Below are positions 50,801 to 63,600 of a stretch of DNA of 64,000 nucleotides, piece by piece (the first letter of the stretch is position 1; each line of letters opens with the position of its first letter). The stretch is taken from the NCBI RefSeq assembly GCF_964194025.1, contig NC_134481.1:17112001-17176000 (forward strand), read 5' to 3'. Both the position numbers and the translations under genes were made by a program. This DNA is from Convolutriloba macropyga (taxonomy: Eukaryota). Under the pieces are notes generated by a model. That model did not search any database and was not told the origin of the DNA. It worked only from the letters and a program-made list of their open reading frames with translations.

Positions 50801-50966
50801 GCCATGGCATTATGTAATTCAATTAGTAGATAGATTGTGTGGCGATTGTTTTAAACTCAAACATCTATTTTTGTTATTTCTTCATTTGGTTGACAATTAA
50901 GTCAAAAATGTAGATGAGCTCGGGTCGGAACATCATGCGCGAACGCACATTAACGAGCCGCCTTGT
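47838..50966 (+). mobile_element. Helentron/DINE-1-like non-autonomous element with internal tandem repeats
   Basis: subTIRs TGTTCCGACCC (47840-47850) and GGGTCGGAACA (50922-50932), a 5' inverted repeat pairing with the subTIR, a 3' stem-loop at 50935-50950, and internal diverged repeats of about 520-545 bp (48571, 49091, about 49636). Confidence 0.75.
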
Positions 50967-52411
50967 ACCATATAGAATTTTTAGAGCCAAGGAACTGGGT
51001 ATCAGCTATTGAGCTGTTTTACGATGTTTAATCACTGTATTTTGCGCAAAAGTAGAATAATATGCAACCTCTAACAAAATGCGTCATTTTTCAAAATAAA
51101 TGATTAATGGCAAATTTTTATTAATCTGAAGTATGACTGGCCATGACACATGCTTTAAATATAATTCACTGATCAAATTTGATTTGAAGTCAACTTAGAA
51201 CAGCAGCAAATGCCCATTTCGTTTGCACATCTTTCTAAAAAATCCTATATTTTACTATTTTTGCTAATAAATTAAAAATTCACGTAAGTTTTCCCACACT
51301 TGTTTTTTGAATTAATTCTAATTACTAACTGTCAAACTAAAATGCCTCGAAATTCTTATTTTTTTTTGTTATGGACCCATTTGAATGATCTCATAGATTA
51401 CAGCAACCTGGATTCCGCTTCCAGTTAATTAATCGTGGTCAATATAAAACTTGATTATCAAAACAAATTTTGTTTTCACTTAGAACGAGTTGTATGAATT
51501 AATACATTTTGATTAGTTACGAACGATGATTACGTTGTAGAAAAATGATTGAAACAAAATGGTTTGTTTAAAAAAGTGTGTGTTTAAAATAGTTATTGTT
51601 TAATAGTTAAAATAGTATTGAGAACTGCTACAACGTTTGAAAAAATAGAACCTATTTAATGCTATAAAAATAACAATAAAGTGCAAACAATAGGGCTGAA
51701 TAGCATTTCATCAAGTTCTAATGGATATCCGCTTGAAAAATATTACCACCCTGAACGAATATGATCGTTTGAAACAAGAAATTTCATCTGCTTTTAGTTC
51801 ATCGGAAGTTTAATGTTCGGCAAATACTCAAAAGACAGTTGTCGGGCAAATATTCGAAACAAAGTTAATTTCCTAAAAGAAAAAATCACTTTAAAACTTT
51901 CTTGCAATCGAGCAAGCTAACCAACCCGAAAATACTTTCTAGTGAACTTTTATTGTTGAGCGAGAAAGCTTTCTTTTAAGGTAAATAAGTAGATGAACAT
52001 AAAATCAACATCACGCCAATATCTAGATATTTGTTTATAGTCTATTTTGTGTCACTAAAATCTTAACTGTTCAAAACCATATAACACAAGTTAAACTTCG
52101 CAAACTGTTTTCTGGGAGTTTTTCAATGACTACAAGCTCGATTTTTTTCATGCTAGTTTTGTCGGCTAGAATTCCGAATCTCCTTACAGCAATACGTTTA
52201 TTGGATCACAAGCGGATTAAACTATTAATTTCTAGTGTGAAATAATTTGATGGCCAATTTTTGGTATAAATTCTATATCTCAGCCAACCCAGACTTGAGT
52301 AGTTTGAATAACTTTTTAATTCAGAAATATTTAGAAGAAAACAGTTCTGGGTAAAATTTCAACTTAGAAATTTCAACGCGTACCTGATGATCATAAATAA
52401 AACTGATTACA

Positions 52412-52628
52412 ATGGTATCAAAAGAATCGTTTCAATATGAAGAAATGGAAGATGAAAAAGGAGTGGGGATTATTTCACTTCGCAGGAGAGTAATTGGACT
52501 GATTGTGGGAATCCTGCTCAACTTCTCCTTTGGGTTAAATGACTATTTTTGGGCTCCCTTTGTCCCACAGATGCACGAAGAGAGAGGTCTGTCGAAAACA
52601 GCTACAGGAATCATTTCATGCGGACTGG
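52412..52628 (+). CDS. SLC18B1: SLC18B1-like exon 1
   Basis: MVSKESFQYEE...FWAPFVPQMHEERGLSKTATGIISCGL; donor gttagt. Confidence 0.85.
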
Positions 52629-55600
52629 GTTAGTTTCACTTATAACGATGTTCTCATTCTTTGCCCAATGTTTAAACTAACTTCTCTAAGTTAAAACTGA
52701 AAGCCATGGACATCATTAATAGAACTGGCCTGGTTGGGCTCCAATACAATTGGCGCATCATGGACCAGCCATTGTTCAAGGTTTGGACATTGTTCCTCTG
52801 CTCCGTGTATTTCATAATTATATTCGAAGAGTCTGTAACCGCAAAATAAAGCGTGTAAACCTTCGTTCAATTAATTTTTCGTCCAATGGTGACATAATGG
52901 GATTCTATAGAAGTACCATGAATCAGCAACTGGATTTAACACTTAAATGAATATACTATGATCCATCGATGGCATCTGAGATTCATCAATAAGTTCAAGA
53001 ACTTATATGAGTTTACAGGGATCCATGCATACCAAAACCCGTGTGAAGATAAACTTAAAAGTCTTATCTAGCTTTAAATTAGACACAAGTATTTTTCTAT
53101 CTTGAGATGATACAATTTATTCAAACCACCATCTACCAAACAAAGCATGTAGCTTAAAATTTATATCAATATTTTTTCCATCTCGAGTTTGATTTCCTAA
53201 ATAAAAACTTCTTCCTGATGTAACATATGATATGTAGCTCTCGTTAGATGAGACTAAATATTTTGGGGGTCAAACAAATGCGTTGCTCATATACTTCAAA
53301 ACCGTGGTTCAAACTCTGAGTACATTATTGAAATATTTTTAATCATTCTTGTGGAAAGAGGGTCTAACAAAAGTCGTATTGGAAAGCTCAAGGAGAAGCC
53401 TAAAAGCTATATAAAGTTTTGACAACAGCCTTGAGGTACAAAACCTGAACAGATGTTTAGGTCTGAACTGGCTGGGTATTTTCTCCAGCGCAAACGTAAA
53501 AAAAACTCGACCTGATTAAAATGTTTATTTAAAGAGAGAGCACGATACTGAAGAAATGTCTTGAAAATATATTGCGACGGATAACTTTATATACAATATA
53601 ATTTAAAAAAAACACAAACAGGAACTGGAAACCATTTTCGAAACAACTTCGAGCTATCAAAAGGTAAAAATAATATGAACATTATTTATAATCAAACTCA
53701 TCAGCGTTTGTTGAAAAGTTACACAAAAACTGGAGGTGACGTTATATTTGACCTTAGATTTTCTTAGAAAATTATCAGTGAACTCTTATTTAAGCATGGA
53801 ACTTCACGGAAACTGATAAGCTTTTCCATGAGTTTGATGTTGCAAAATGGAGGATTAAAAAAGGCATTGAATTCTTCGTTAGAGCATTTTTATTTGCCAG
53901 ATTTTACTTTTCGATAAATTTGTATGCAATCTAATTGTTCTATTTAAAAATATAAGCAGCTGAGCTCAGTACGAAAACATCGTTCAGCATCCACCCGCTG
54001 TCCTGAAAAACAAGCTCTCAGCTATCTACTAGAAGTTCTCCAAAAAAAACCTCAGTGAAAATTGCCTCTTGCCTCTGTTAATAGCGTCTGGGATGCTTCT
54101 GTGCAAACTGCAAAAACAGACGCAAATTAAATTTCAGTTTCAAATGTTTTCATGTGAGAACTATCGTCCCTTGGTGATGCTACTTAACTTCTGTGTTTAT
54201 TATTAAAATATTTCAAAAGTGCAGTGAAATTTACCCCCTAATGTGTCCGAGTTTCCACGAGTTCGAATGTTGCTTCCCATACGATAAAATCGGTTTTAAA
54301 GTAAGCATCACCGAGACTACATATTTTTACCGCACTCGACTTAAAATTTTGTTGGTAAAAAAACAAGCTTTCACCGCTTGTCCTGCATCATTTCTCAGAA
54401 ACTCATATGTGCTCCCGTTAATAATAATTATTATTATTTTTGACGGCAGCACAGATGAGTTTTTGAGAAATGATGCAAGACAAGCGGTGAAAGCTTGTTT
54501 TTACGAACAAAATTTTAAGTCGAGTGCGGTAAAAATATGTAGTCTTGGTGATGCTTACTTTAAAACCGATTTTAGCATATGAGAAGCAACATTTGAACTC
54601 GTGGAAACTCGGACACATGAGGTGGTAAATTTCACTGCACTTTTGCAATAGTATAATAATAGTAACACAGAATTTAAGTAGTATCACCAAGGGACGATAA
54701 TTCTCACATGAAATCATTAAAAACTGAAATTTAATTTGCGTCTTCTTATGCAATTTGCACAGAAGCATCCCAGGCGCTATTAAGAGAGGCAATTTTCACT
54801 GAGTTTTTTTAGAGAATTTCTAGTAGATATCTGAGAAGTTGTATTTCAGGACAGCGGGTGGATGCTGAACGAAGTTTTCGTACTGACCTCAGCTGCTTAT
54901 ATTCTTAAATAGAACAATTCGATTGCATACAAATTTATCGAAAAGTAAAATCTGGCAAATAAAAATGCTCTAACGAAGAATTCAATGCCTTTTTTAATCC
55001 TCCATTTTGCAACATCAAACTCATGGAAAAGCTTATCAGTTTCCGTGAAGTTCCATGCTTAAATAAGAGTTCACTGATAATTTTCTAAGAAAATCTAAGG
55101 TCAAATATAACGTCACCTCCAGTTTTTGTGTAACTTTTCAACAAACGCTGATGAGTTTGATTATAAATAATGTTCATATTATTTTTACGTTTTGATAGCT
55201 CGAAGTTGTTTCGAAAATGGTTTCCAGGTCTTGTTTGTGTTTTTCAAAATTATATTGTAGAATGTATAATGTTATCCGTTGCAAAATATTTTCAAGATAT
55301 TTCTTCAGTATCGTGCTCTCTCTTCAAATAAACATTTTAATCAGGTCGATTTTTTTACGTTTGCGCTGGAGAAAATACCCAGCCAGTTCAGACTTAAACA
55401 TATGAAGCCCATATCATCCAAGTACCAATAGGATTCTTTCAATTATTTTTTTCCAAACATGTAAACTAGTTATAGAACCGGAAAGTTAAAGTTTACATGC
55501 CTTCGGAATAATCAGGAATACATATTCAAAAATAAAAATAAACAAATCTTCTGGTTATTGATTATTGTTCCCAATTGAGCTGTTCGTTCCTCTTTATATA

Positions 55601-58600
55601 AAAGTCAGAATTGCATGACCCTAATTTTCTGTCTTTTGATAAATTTTCTGGCTGACATTGCAAGAACTCTGTTAAAATTCTTTTGAAAAGAATTTTTCCC
55701 TGTCGTCCTTAGATTAAAAAGTAACTTATTCCACTTTTTTATGCGCTTCGAAACCAATGATTTTTGACTCTGCTTAGTGTACTTTTGCGTTATTATTATC
55801 AACAAACCAATAGGTCCAAATTCATGATTAGAAAAAAATTTCTAACCAAATTCGTGATTGGAAAAAAGTCTTGCTAAAGACCAATTTAGATTATACAGCT
55901 AACAAAGAGTAATGAAACTTCACTCTTTTAGGTTTCGGAGAAATCGTGATGGCATCTTCGCTTATCTTTATTCTGCCTCGAACTAACAAACGAAAACAGC
56001 TCTTCAGTGTTGGTCCATTCATTACTGGAATAAACACAATATTATTCGGCTTACTAAACAATCTGTTTTCCGAGCGCCAGAACACTTTATACTCTGTTCT
56101 GACGACCCTGACCCGAGTTTTTCAAGGTGTTGGTGTAGCGTTCACGTTTTGTTCAGGCACCCCCCTGCTGTTGACGTTTTTCCCAAACATGACGGGAAAA
56201 TTATGCAGTTGGATTTCAATGGCGCCCCCTATCGGACAATTAGCGGGTCCACCAATCGGAAGCGTCCTTTTTAGCCTTGGAGGGTACTATTTACCTTTTT
56301 GGGCTGTTGGGTTATTTCAAATTGTTTTATCATTTGTTGGTTTGCTTCTAATCCCACGGCAAATTACAGAAGTTAACTCAAAAAACGCGAGAAGAGGAAT
56401 TGATAAACTGTTTTTTATAGAGTACTTGAAAAATGGAGGCGTTACATTGCTCTGTATTTCTGCTGTGTTTGTGTTCTCAGCGGGATCGTTTTTCGCAGTT
56501 ACTTTCAGGGAACTCTTTCATCTGCTTAAAAATTTGGTTTTTCAAATAAAAAACTGGCACAAAATGAAACACAATTGCCAAAAGTGATAAAATATCAGGG
56601 GCGTTAGGTTAGTGTAATGGGTTCGTTTGTTCAGCGCATTTCTGCACAGAGTGAGCATGTGAGTGAGTGAATTAGTAAGTGTACAAGTGAGTGGNNNNNN
56701 NNNNNNNNNNNNNNNNNNNNNNNNNNNNNNNNNNNNNNNNNNNNNNNNNNNNNNNNNNNNNNNNNNNNNNNNNNNNNNNNNNNNNNNNNNNNNNNNNNNN
56801 NNNNNNNNNNNNNNNNNNNNNNNNNNNNNNNNNNNNNNNNNNNNNNNNNNNNNNNNNNNNNNNNNNNNNNNNNNNNNNNNNNNNNNNNNNNNNNNNNNNN
56901 NNNNNNNNNNNNNNNNNNNNNNNNNATGCGTTTAAAATTATTTTTCATTCAGTTTTTTTTGTCAGCGGTTAAGAATACGCGACGGTTTTTCATGTTCGTC
57001 ACGTTCTTTGATAAGTTTACTCTTTAATTAAGATGGGGCCTTTTATATTCAATTGCATAGCCGTTTCAGACTATTTGGATTTTTAACACCTGCCGTGTTA
57101 TGTTTCATAAGATCAGTTCATGGGTTTTATTGATTTTTAGGGTCTATTGGATCCCAAACTTGAAGGTATTTAGGGAGCGATTTTAGTCACCCTGAACTAG
57201 TAAAGGTAACTATTGAGTATGTTAAATTACAAATGTTTTTCAAACTCTGCTTCCAGGAGTTTGGAGGTCCTATTTTTGGTTTTGACAATGAAATTGCTTT
57301 AACTTTTATTCACGGCTTGTTCTGCTAAACTTTCCGTTCGTAATCTCCATCGGATTTTTTTGCAATTATTTGCTTGCGCTTCACAAGCTCAAAAAAAACT
57401 AACTTTAGTGACTTTGTTTTGGACTTTCGTAGGTTCTTTTTTCTGATACTTAAACATTTTAACAACCCAGGTTTAAGTGCGCGCACTAGACCACTCTCAT
57501 CAGACCATTTCCCGGACTTTGCCCTCTTATCAGACCATCGTGCGACCCAGAGCCCTCTGACCAGACTATTGTGCGACCCAAATTTTTGTGCGACTCTAGT
57601 GCGACCAACGCTCCCTCTGATCAGACCATACTCCAAACTTTGTCTTGTGATCAGACCATTCCTGAATACATGTTATAATCTGTTGTTATTTGTTTAAATT
57701 AATCATTTCAAACTTCTATACTACTCAACTTAAAAATGAATAATTTAGTATATCTTGATAAGGTTAGGACAAAACTAGTTGATAAAAATATAAACAAAAA
57801 ATCTTTTTGAAGTGCCTGCAGTTTTTCTTTTGAGTCATCAAAAACATTGATAAAAAACTGCTGTCAAATAAATATGGTCAAGTCAGTTAATGCTCTGTGG
57901 TCACATTTTGGGGCAACTTATGTCCAGACTTTGGTCTCTGATCAGACCGTAGTGCGACCATTGTCCAGACTTTCGTTCGACCTATGATCAGACTAGAGTC
58001 CAACTTTGCCCTCTGATCAGACCGCAGTGCGACCATTGTGCAGACCATTTCCCAGACGTTGCCCTCTGATAAGATCGTAGTGCGACCGTTGTCCAGACCA
58101 TCGAGCAACTCAAGCGTTTCCCAGACGATGTATTTTGGGCCTCACCACGCCACCATTGTGCGACCCAAATGGTCCAATCAGAGCGTTCTAAGGTCGCGCA
58201 CCTGAACCTGGGAAGCGTCATTGAACGAAAAAAAGCTGAAGGAAAATACGCAAAACAATGTACGCTCGTCAACAATTTAAATGGAAAATATTAACATCAA
58301 AAAAAATTCCGGAAGAATAATGAAATGGTTCCACTGTTAGTCTGGAAATGTTGGACAGATACGACATTCAAAGTTCAGAGTCAGGAATCTACGCTTTCCC
58401 GATAGTTCTGGGACGAACAATGTTTTCCCCCTTATTTGGATATTTGGTTGACAAAGGTTACCCCATTATGATTTTCGCAGGCGTCGGCTGTTTCTCAACA
58501 GCTTTTGGCTATATCTTACTTTACATTGCCAAATTTGTCACCTTCTTTGAAAGTTTAGCTGTTTTTGAAGGCGCGTTTTTCCTAATTGGCTGCACATCAT

Positions 58601-59287
58601 CGGCGTCCATTGTGTCGTTTATTCCGATAAATCGGCTAATTTTTGGTTCGGCTACATTAATTGGCAACTAGCTGCTTTCATCCTGCATGAATACGCACTT
58701 GTCACTATTTTCTGTCTTACATTTAAGAAAGATGCTAAATTGACAGAAATGAATGAAAACCGAATTGGAAACTAATTGCATAAAAGCTCCTCGGCCTAAT
58801 AATTGAGGGCTAAAATGATAAGATTCTGAATAGCTTTAACTATATCAAGATTCTTAGAATTAAGTTAGGTATCCAATTTAGGTCTTAAGTAAGTCATAAC
58901 AAAACTCGCCCAATCGTGATATAGGCTGATTGTTACTGGTCTACTGGAAAACAATAGAAACCGTAAAAGAAGCTTTTTGCCAATTAATGTACAGGTGAAG
59001 AAAGCAGCTCTGTGGACAGTTTAGCCGCATCAGCAATGTACATCTGCTTCGGGTCGAGTATAATGATAGGTATGGGTGTTTTTGGGGGTGTTGTCAATGA
59101 TAGATTGGGTTTTGAAAATACTTGTCTTCTCCTGGCATGTTTCTGCACGACAGTTGGGATTCTAATATCAACTTACTTTCTCAGGAAGGTCAAAAACTCA
59201 AACACGCCTTATCAAAACGGAAGAAAAAGTGAAGAAACGAACATTGATGAGTATTCAAAAACACCTTTGATGGATTCAGTTGATTAA
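52412..59287 (+). CDS. SLC18B1: MFS-type transporter, SLC18B1-like (4 coding exons, 463 aa)
   Basis: join(52412..52628,55932..56508,58341..58645,58995..59287) = 1392 nt ending in TAA. Multiple TM segments; motifs APFVPQ..EERGLSKTATGII, RVFQGVG, GQLAGPPIGSVLFSLGGYYLPF, PLFGYLVDK, GGVVNDRLGF. Intron 2 needs a GG donor. Confidence 0.85.
53453..55401. repeat. About 1.95-kb palindrome (foldback) in transporter intron 1
   Basis: Arms of about 970 bp are reverse complements around an (AAT/TTA)n centre near 54427-54430, with essentially no spacer. Confidence 0.97.
55932..56508 (+). CDS. SLC18B1: SLC18B1-like exon 2
   Basis: acceptor ttttag; GFGEIVMASS...GPPIGSVLFSLGGYYLPF...SFFAVTF; 3' boundary inferred (non-canonical). 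Confidence 0.85.
57466..58212. mobile_element. EnSpm/CACTA-like non-autonomous element (CCCAGG ends, 2-bp TSD AA)
   Basis: Imperfect TIRs of about 45 bp, repeated ctctgatcagacc / tgcgacc subterminal motifs; AA on both flanks. Confidence 0.78.
58341..58645 (+). CDS. SLC18B1: SLC18B1-like exon 3
   Basis: acceptor tgttag; LEMLDRYDIQ...FSPLFGYLVDKGY...NRLIF; donor gttcgg. Confidence 0.85.
58995..59287 (+). CDS. SLC18B1: SLC18B1-like exon 4
   Basis: acceptor tacag; GEESSSVDSLAASAMYICFG...GGVVNDRLGFEN...DSVD*. Confidence 0.85.
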
Positions 59288-59584
59288 CAATGTAGAGTAG
59301 ATTACATCAGTTGCATCAAAATTTGTCCAATGCAAAAATGCTTAATTTATTCCTTAAATTTCCTGATTTTTTGCTGAATAATCCGATTAAAAATTAGCAC
59401 TAGTCACTACAAGCAAGCTTCATGAAACTTATGCGTATGATTTGATCACAAGTTTGATTGCGATAGTTTCGTATCAACTGCTTTGGGCCGCTGAGGCTTG
59501 CCATTGTCTTCGGAGCATGATTAAATGAATTAGTCTTATCAAAAAAATTTGGGGATTATACTCTGTTGCCGTATGTTATTCTAA

Positions 59585-60035
59585 CCCGGGTCACTGATCA
59601 CACAACTTTCTTTGATTTCGTAGTATTAGGTCATATATGATTTGTATGACTTCTTGGTAGTCATACAAGGATCATACAAAAATCAAAACCTACTCTCAAA
59701 AGAATCCACTCGTTATGCTCTATCATACTGATACTGAAATAAAAACAATCAAGGATGCAAAATGTGATGAAAAAACTTTTTTCTTTGTAATCATACTAGG
59801 TCATATATGATTTGTATAATTTCTTAGTATTCATACAGGGATCATACAATAAAATTAATGATACCAGGAAAAAAAATCAATTAGTGAGCTTCAGGGGAAA
59901 CAAATAAAGCCATAATTGGCAATTCCATTTCTAAAAAAAGGCAAATTAAAAATTGAAAATTCTTTGAAGTCATACTAACTCATATAAGACTTATATGATA
60001 TCTTGGTATTCATATGTCATAGTGGTGTTTCCGGT
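59585..60035. repeat. Three diverged copies of a roughly 170-bp unit, possibly an EnSpm-like element
   Basis: taggtcatatatgatttgtat..cttcttggta.tcataca at about 59627, 59797 and 59975; preceded by cccggg. Confidence 0.6.
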
Positions 60036-60308
60036 GAGATTAACAATTAGGTAAAATATTGCGCATAGTTTGGTTATTGTGTCATAACATCGATTGCTTG
60101 ACTAGTGACCACCAATATCGCTATTGAAACCGCCCATGCGTTTCCGTATCAGTGTCTGATTGGCACATTTAAAAGGCGACTAATTTACTCCGATTAGTAA
60201 GTTTAATCCGTTTTTGCAACCTTTGGCAGAGAGCATTTCAAATCGAATTTTTTTCCACCTTTCTTCCGCCTTTGAGCAATTATTAGTATAAAATTAAATC
60301 ATTTCTCA

Positions 60309-60595
60309 GATCTTTTCTTTAATTGCCCTTTTTTCCAAAAGGGGGGCTACTCTCGAATAGAACTTAAGCGACCAATTTAATGAGCAATCAGAGACGACTA
60401 ATAACTTTCCACGTATGCACATACTTTGTTAAACTGAATAGAACGAAATACCCGCGCTATATTAATTAGCCGAAATAAAATACAAAACAAAAAACATTTC
60501 CGACTGGGAACCGATCCGCCAGTCCGAACAAATGACCCGCAATTTTTGGATAACCTCGAACAGTGCACAGGAGGCATATGGTCGTGAACAACGGT
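60309..60595 (+). mobile_element. Partial second copy of the 22909-23334 MITE family
   Basis: Shares gatcttttc...aaaagggggg..caatcagagacgactaataactttccacg...taaactgaatagaa; right TIR missing. Confidence 0.8.
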
Positions 60596-60639
60596 CGTTT
60601 AGGATTTCAAAAATAGTAGCAACTAATCAATTAGCTTTT

Positions 60640-63600
60640 ATCAAGCAATATTGCACTTCACAGAGATGACAGAATTTCAAATGTAATTAACCCAATTGAA
60701 CATTTAAAATATCTCCATGATACTAAAAGCACTGTTAATATAAATGTAATTTTTTAAATTACAAGTTAAAAAATACTGTCATATGTTTTCCTTAGCGCTC
60801 AAAAACTTCTAATTGAACAACTTTGTGAAAAAAATTTATATGATAGAGATATATATGACTGAGCTACGATACTAGAGGATGTTACTCTTGTATTCCTCTA
60901 GTCATTTTGATAAAAAGAATATTTAAGAAAAACGTGGCATCATTAGAAAATCAGCAGTACGTAGATGATATAATCTGCAAGACATTAATCCAAGGATTGG
61001 TCAAACATTTGATGATTACTGTATAAGTTGGAATATAAGTTAAACGCCATTTTCAGTTTCTTTGGCAAAATACTTTTGATAATTTTTCACCGAAAGGAGC
61101 TGTAAGTTGATCTATACGTTGAATGCAGGAACAACTCTATTGAGTTCAGATCCTAGAGGATGTTATTCTGTATTCCTCTAGTCATTACTGATTAAAAATT
61201 TATTTCAGAAAAACGTGGCATTTTTATTGAAAAATCAGCAGCACGTAGACGATATAATTCGCAAGATGTTAATCCAAAGATTTGTCAAATTTTTCGAAAA
61301 ATTTTGTGTAAGCAGGCGAGTAAGTTATACGTCAATTTCATTTTCTTTGGCAAATATCTGTCAATTTTTTTCACCGAAAGGAGCCGTAAGTTGATCTGTA
61401 CGTTGAATGTAGAAACAGCTCATAATTTTAACTGTGAAAATTTCTGTCAACTCTTCTCTTGGTCCTGTTTTTGCGGTAAAACTCTAATCTCAGCCAAGTC
61501 CGTTTTCGTCGGAATGCCAGATGTAGCACTATAGTCAACAGTTGTCACAGTGAAAAGCAAAGATAATATATACTTTATAAGTTTTTTATATATAATTCGT
61601 AATATATACCTCTTAACTCTTTATATCATAAAACCGTTAACTTTATATTCTTTTGTCAAAATTTTTACGTCAGTTTGGCCTACAGAATTGACAAAAAATA
61701 TTTCTAAAATTTTAACCAATTTGAAAAAAAGTGGAACTGTAAACAAAAAAATTGTTGTAAAATTAAAGGATGTGGGTCAACAAAATGTACAGCTGCAGCA
61801 CCATTTCAAAATAATGATTATCACAAATTGAAAGAAAACATATTCTTTCCAGGTCATTTTGGATAGTGTTGCGTCTGAAATAAAAAAAATAATTGACTGT
61901 TTCAAAATCAAAGTCAATCGCGGAAGAGGCGGAATTTCTGCAAAAAGAGTTTACTAAAAGTTTACTAAAAATCATTGTCTCCTAACATTTTGATGATTAT
62001 TGTATAGGTTGAAGTATTAAACGCCATTTTCAGCTTCTTTGACAAAAATATATGTAAAAAAATTTTTTCACCGAAAGGAGCTGTAATTTGATCTGCACGC
62101 TGATTGCAGGAACAACTCTATTGGGTTCAGACCCTAGAGGATGTCATATTGTAATCTTGTAGTCAATTCTGATTAAAAATTTTTTTAAGAAAGACGTGGT
62201 AATTTTATTGAAAAATCAGCAGTACGTAGACGATATAATTCGCAAGATGTTAATCCAAGGACTTGTCAAGTTTTTCGAAAAATTTTGTGTATATTGGGGT
62301 ATAAATTATACTTCAATTTCATTTCCTTTGGTAAATATCGGTTAATTTATGTTCACCGAAGGGAGCCGTAAGTTAATCTGTCCGCTGAATGAAGGAAAAA
62401 CTCATAGTTTTGACTGTGAAAATTCTGTCAATCTTTATCCGTTTCCTGTTTTGTGGTAAAACTCTATTCTGAGTCAACACCCTTTTCATTGAATTGACAG
62501 CTGTATCATTACAGTCATCATATTTCACAAAAAAAAACAACAATAATAAGTAATTCCTAATTAATGATATGTACTTCATAATTTGGAGAACTTTTGTTTT
62601 GTTCCGTTTTACAAACAGATTTGCCGCTATTGGATAACAATTTTTTGATCAACCTTGCCTCTTAACTCATGAAATCCTTGAATCGTTTAATTTACAATTA
62701 TGTAACAAATTTCTGCTTTCAATTTGGCCAACAGAACTGACAGAAAACAAATTCGGGCTTTAAACCATTTTTAAAAGAATGGGAAGGTACAAATAAAAAC
62801 TGTTCTACTTTTAAATGATGTGGTGTCAAAAAATGTAAAGCATTAGCGCTACTTCAAACTAAGGGTTATTTTAAATTGAAAAAAACATTGTAGTGCTAAG
62901 GCCATTTTTGATAGTGTTGCTTCTGACGTATATTAAAAATTAGATCACTGTGATACAAAATCAAAGCTAATGGTGGAAATGGCGGAATTTTTGCAAAAAG
63001 TTTAAACTTACTAAAAAAAACCTTGTCTCCCGAATTTTAGCTTTGAAAACGTTGTTCATTCGATATCCGGGTATCACTTTTCAAAATGCACAGTTCGGAT
63101 CTTGATTGAGAATTGCATAAAAGTGTAAAATTAAAAAAGGATTGCCTTATTTTCAAACTGTTATTCATGCTGCAGAGAAATCCTGTTTTCAACCATAAAT
63201 TCTGCGCTTCTAATTGTAGTTTTGATTCAACGCTCAAACTCTAGAGTTGATTTTTTTTTATATTTTGAAAGGTGTTTCATAAATATATAGCGAGACTTAG
63301 TAGCGCTTAGAAGAGTTAAAATTAGGTGAGGTAAGTGTTTATCAAAGTCGACAAAATAGACAAATTTGAAATTTTCTTACACGATTATATTGTAATTGCG
63401 TTGAGTCAGGAACTGTCAAATCAAAATGTTCATTTCAAAACCATGCAAGAATGTTTCGCCGAGATTTTTTCCATCAACGCTTTTAACGATTATCTTACCT
63501 CATTGTGTCAAGATTTCGGCGTGGGCCGTATAGTTTCTTCGTCAAAACTAATATAAAACTTTTTCACCAGTTTCATAATCAGCTCTGTAAAATGTTGTTT

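Noticed and set aside
54193-54792. Pair of similar ORFs on opposite strands
   Set aside because: They are mirror-image by-products of the palindrome with no recognisable domain
57480-58200. CRISPR-like array of ctctgatcagacc repeats
   Set aside because: Eukaryotic intron, degenerate irregular repeats bounded by TIRs and a 2-bp TSD, and no cas genes
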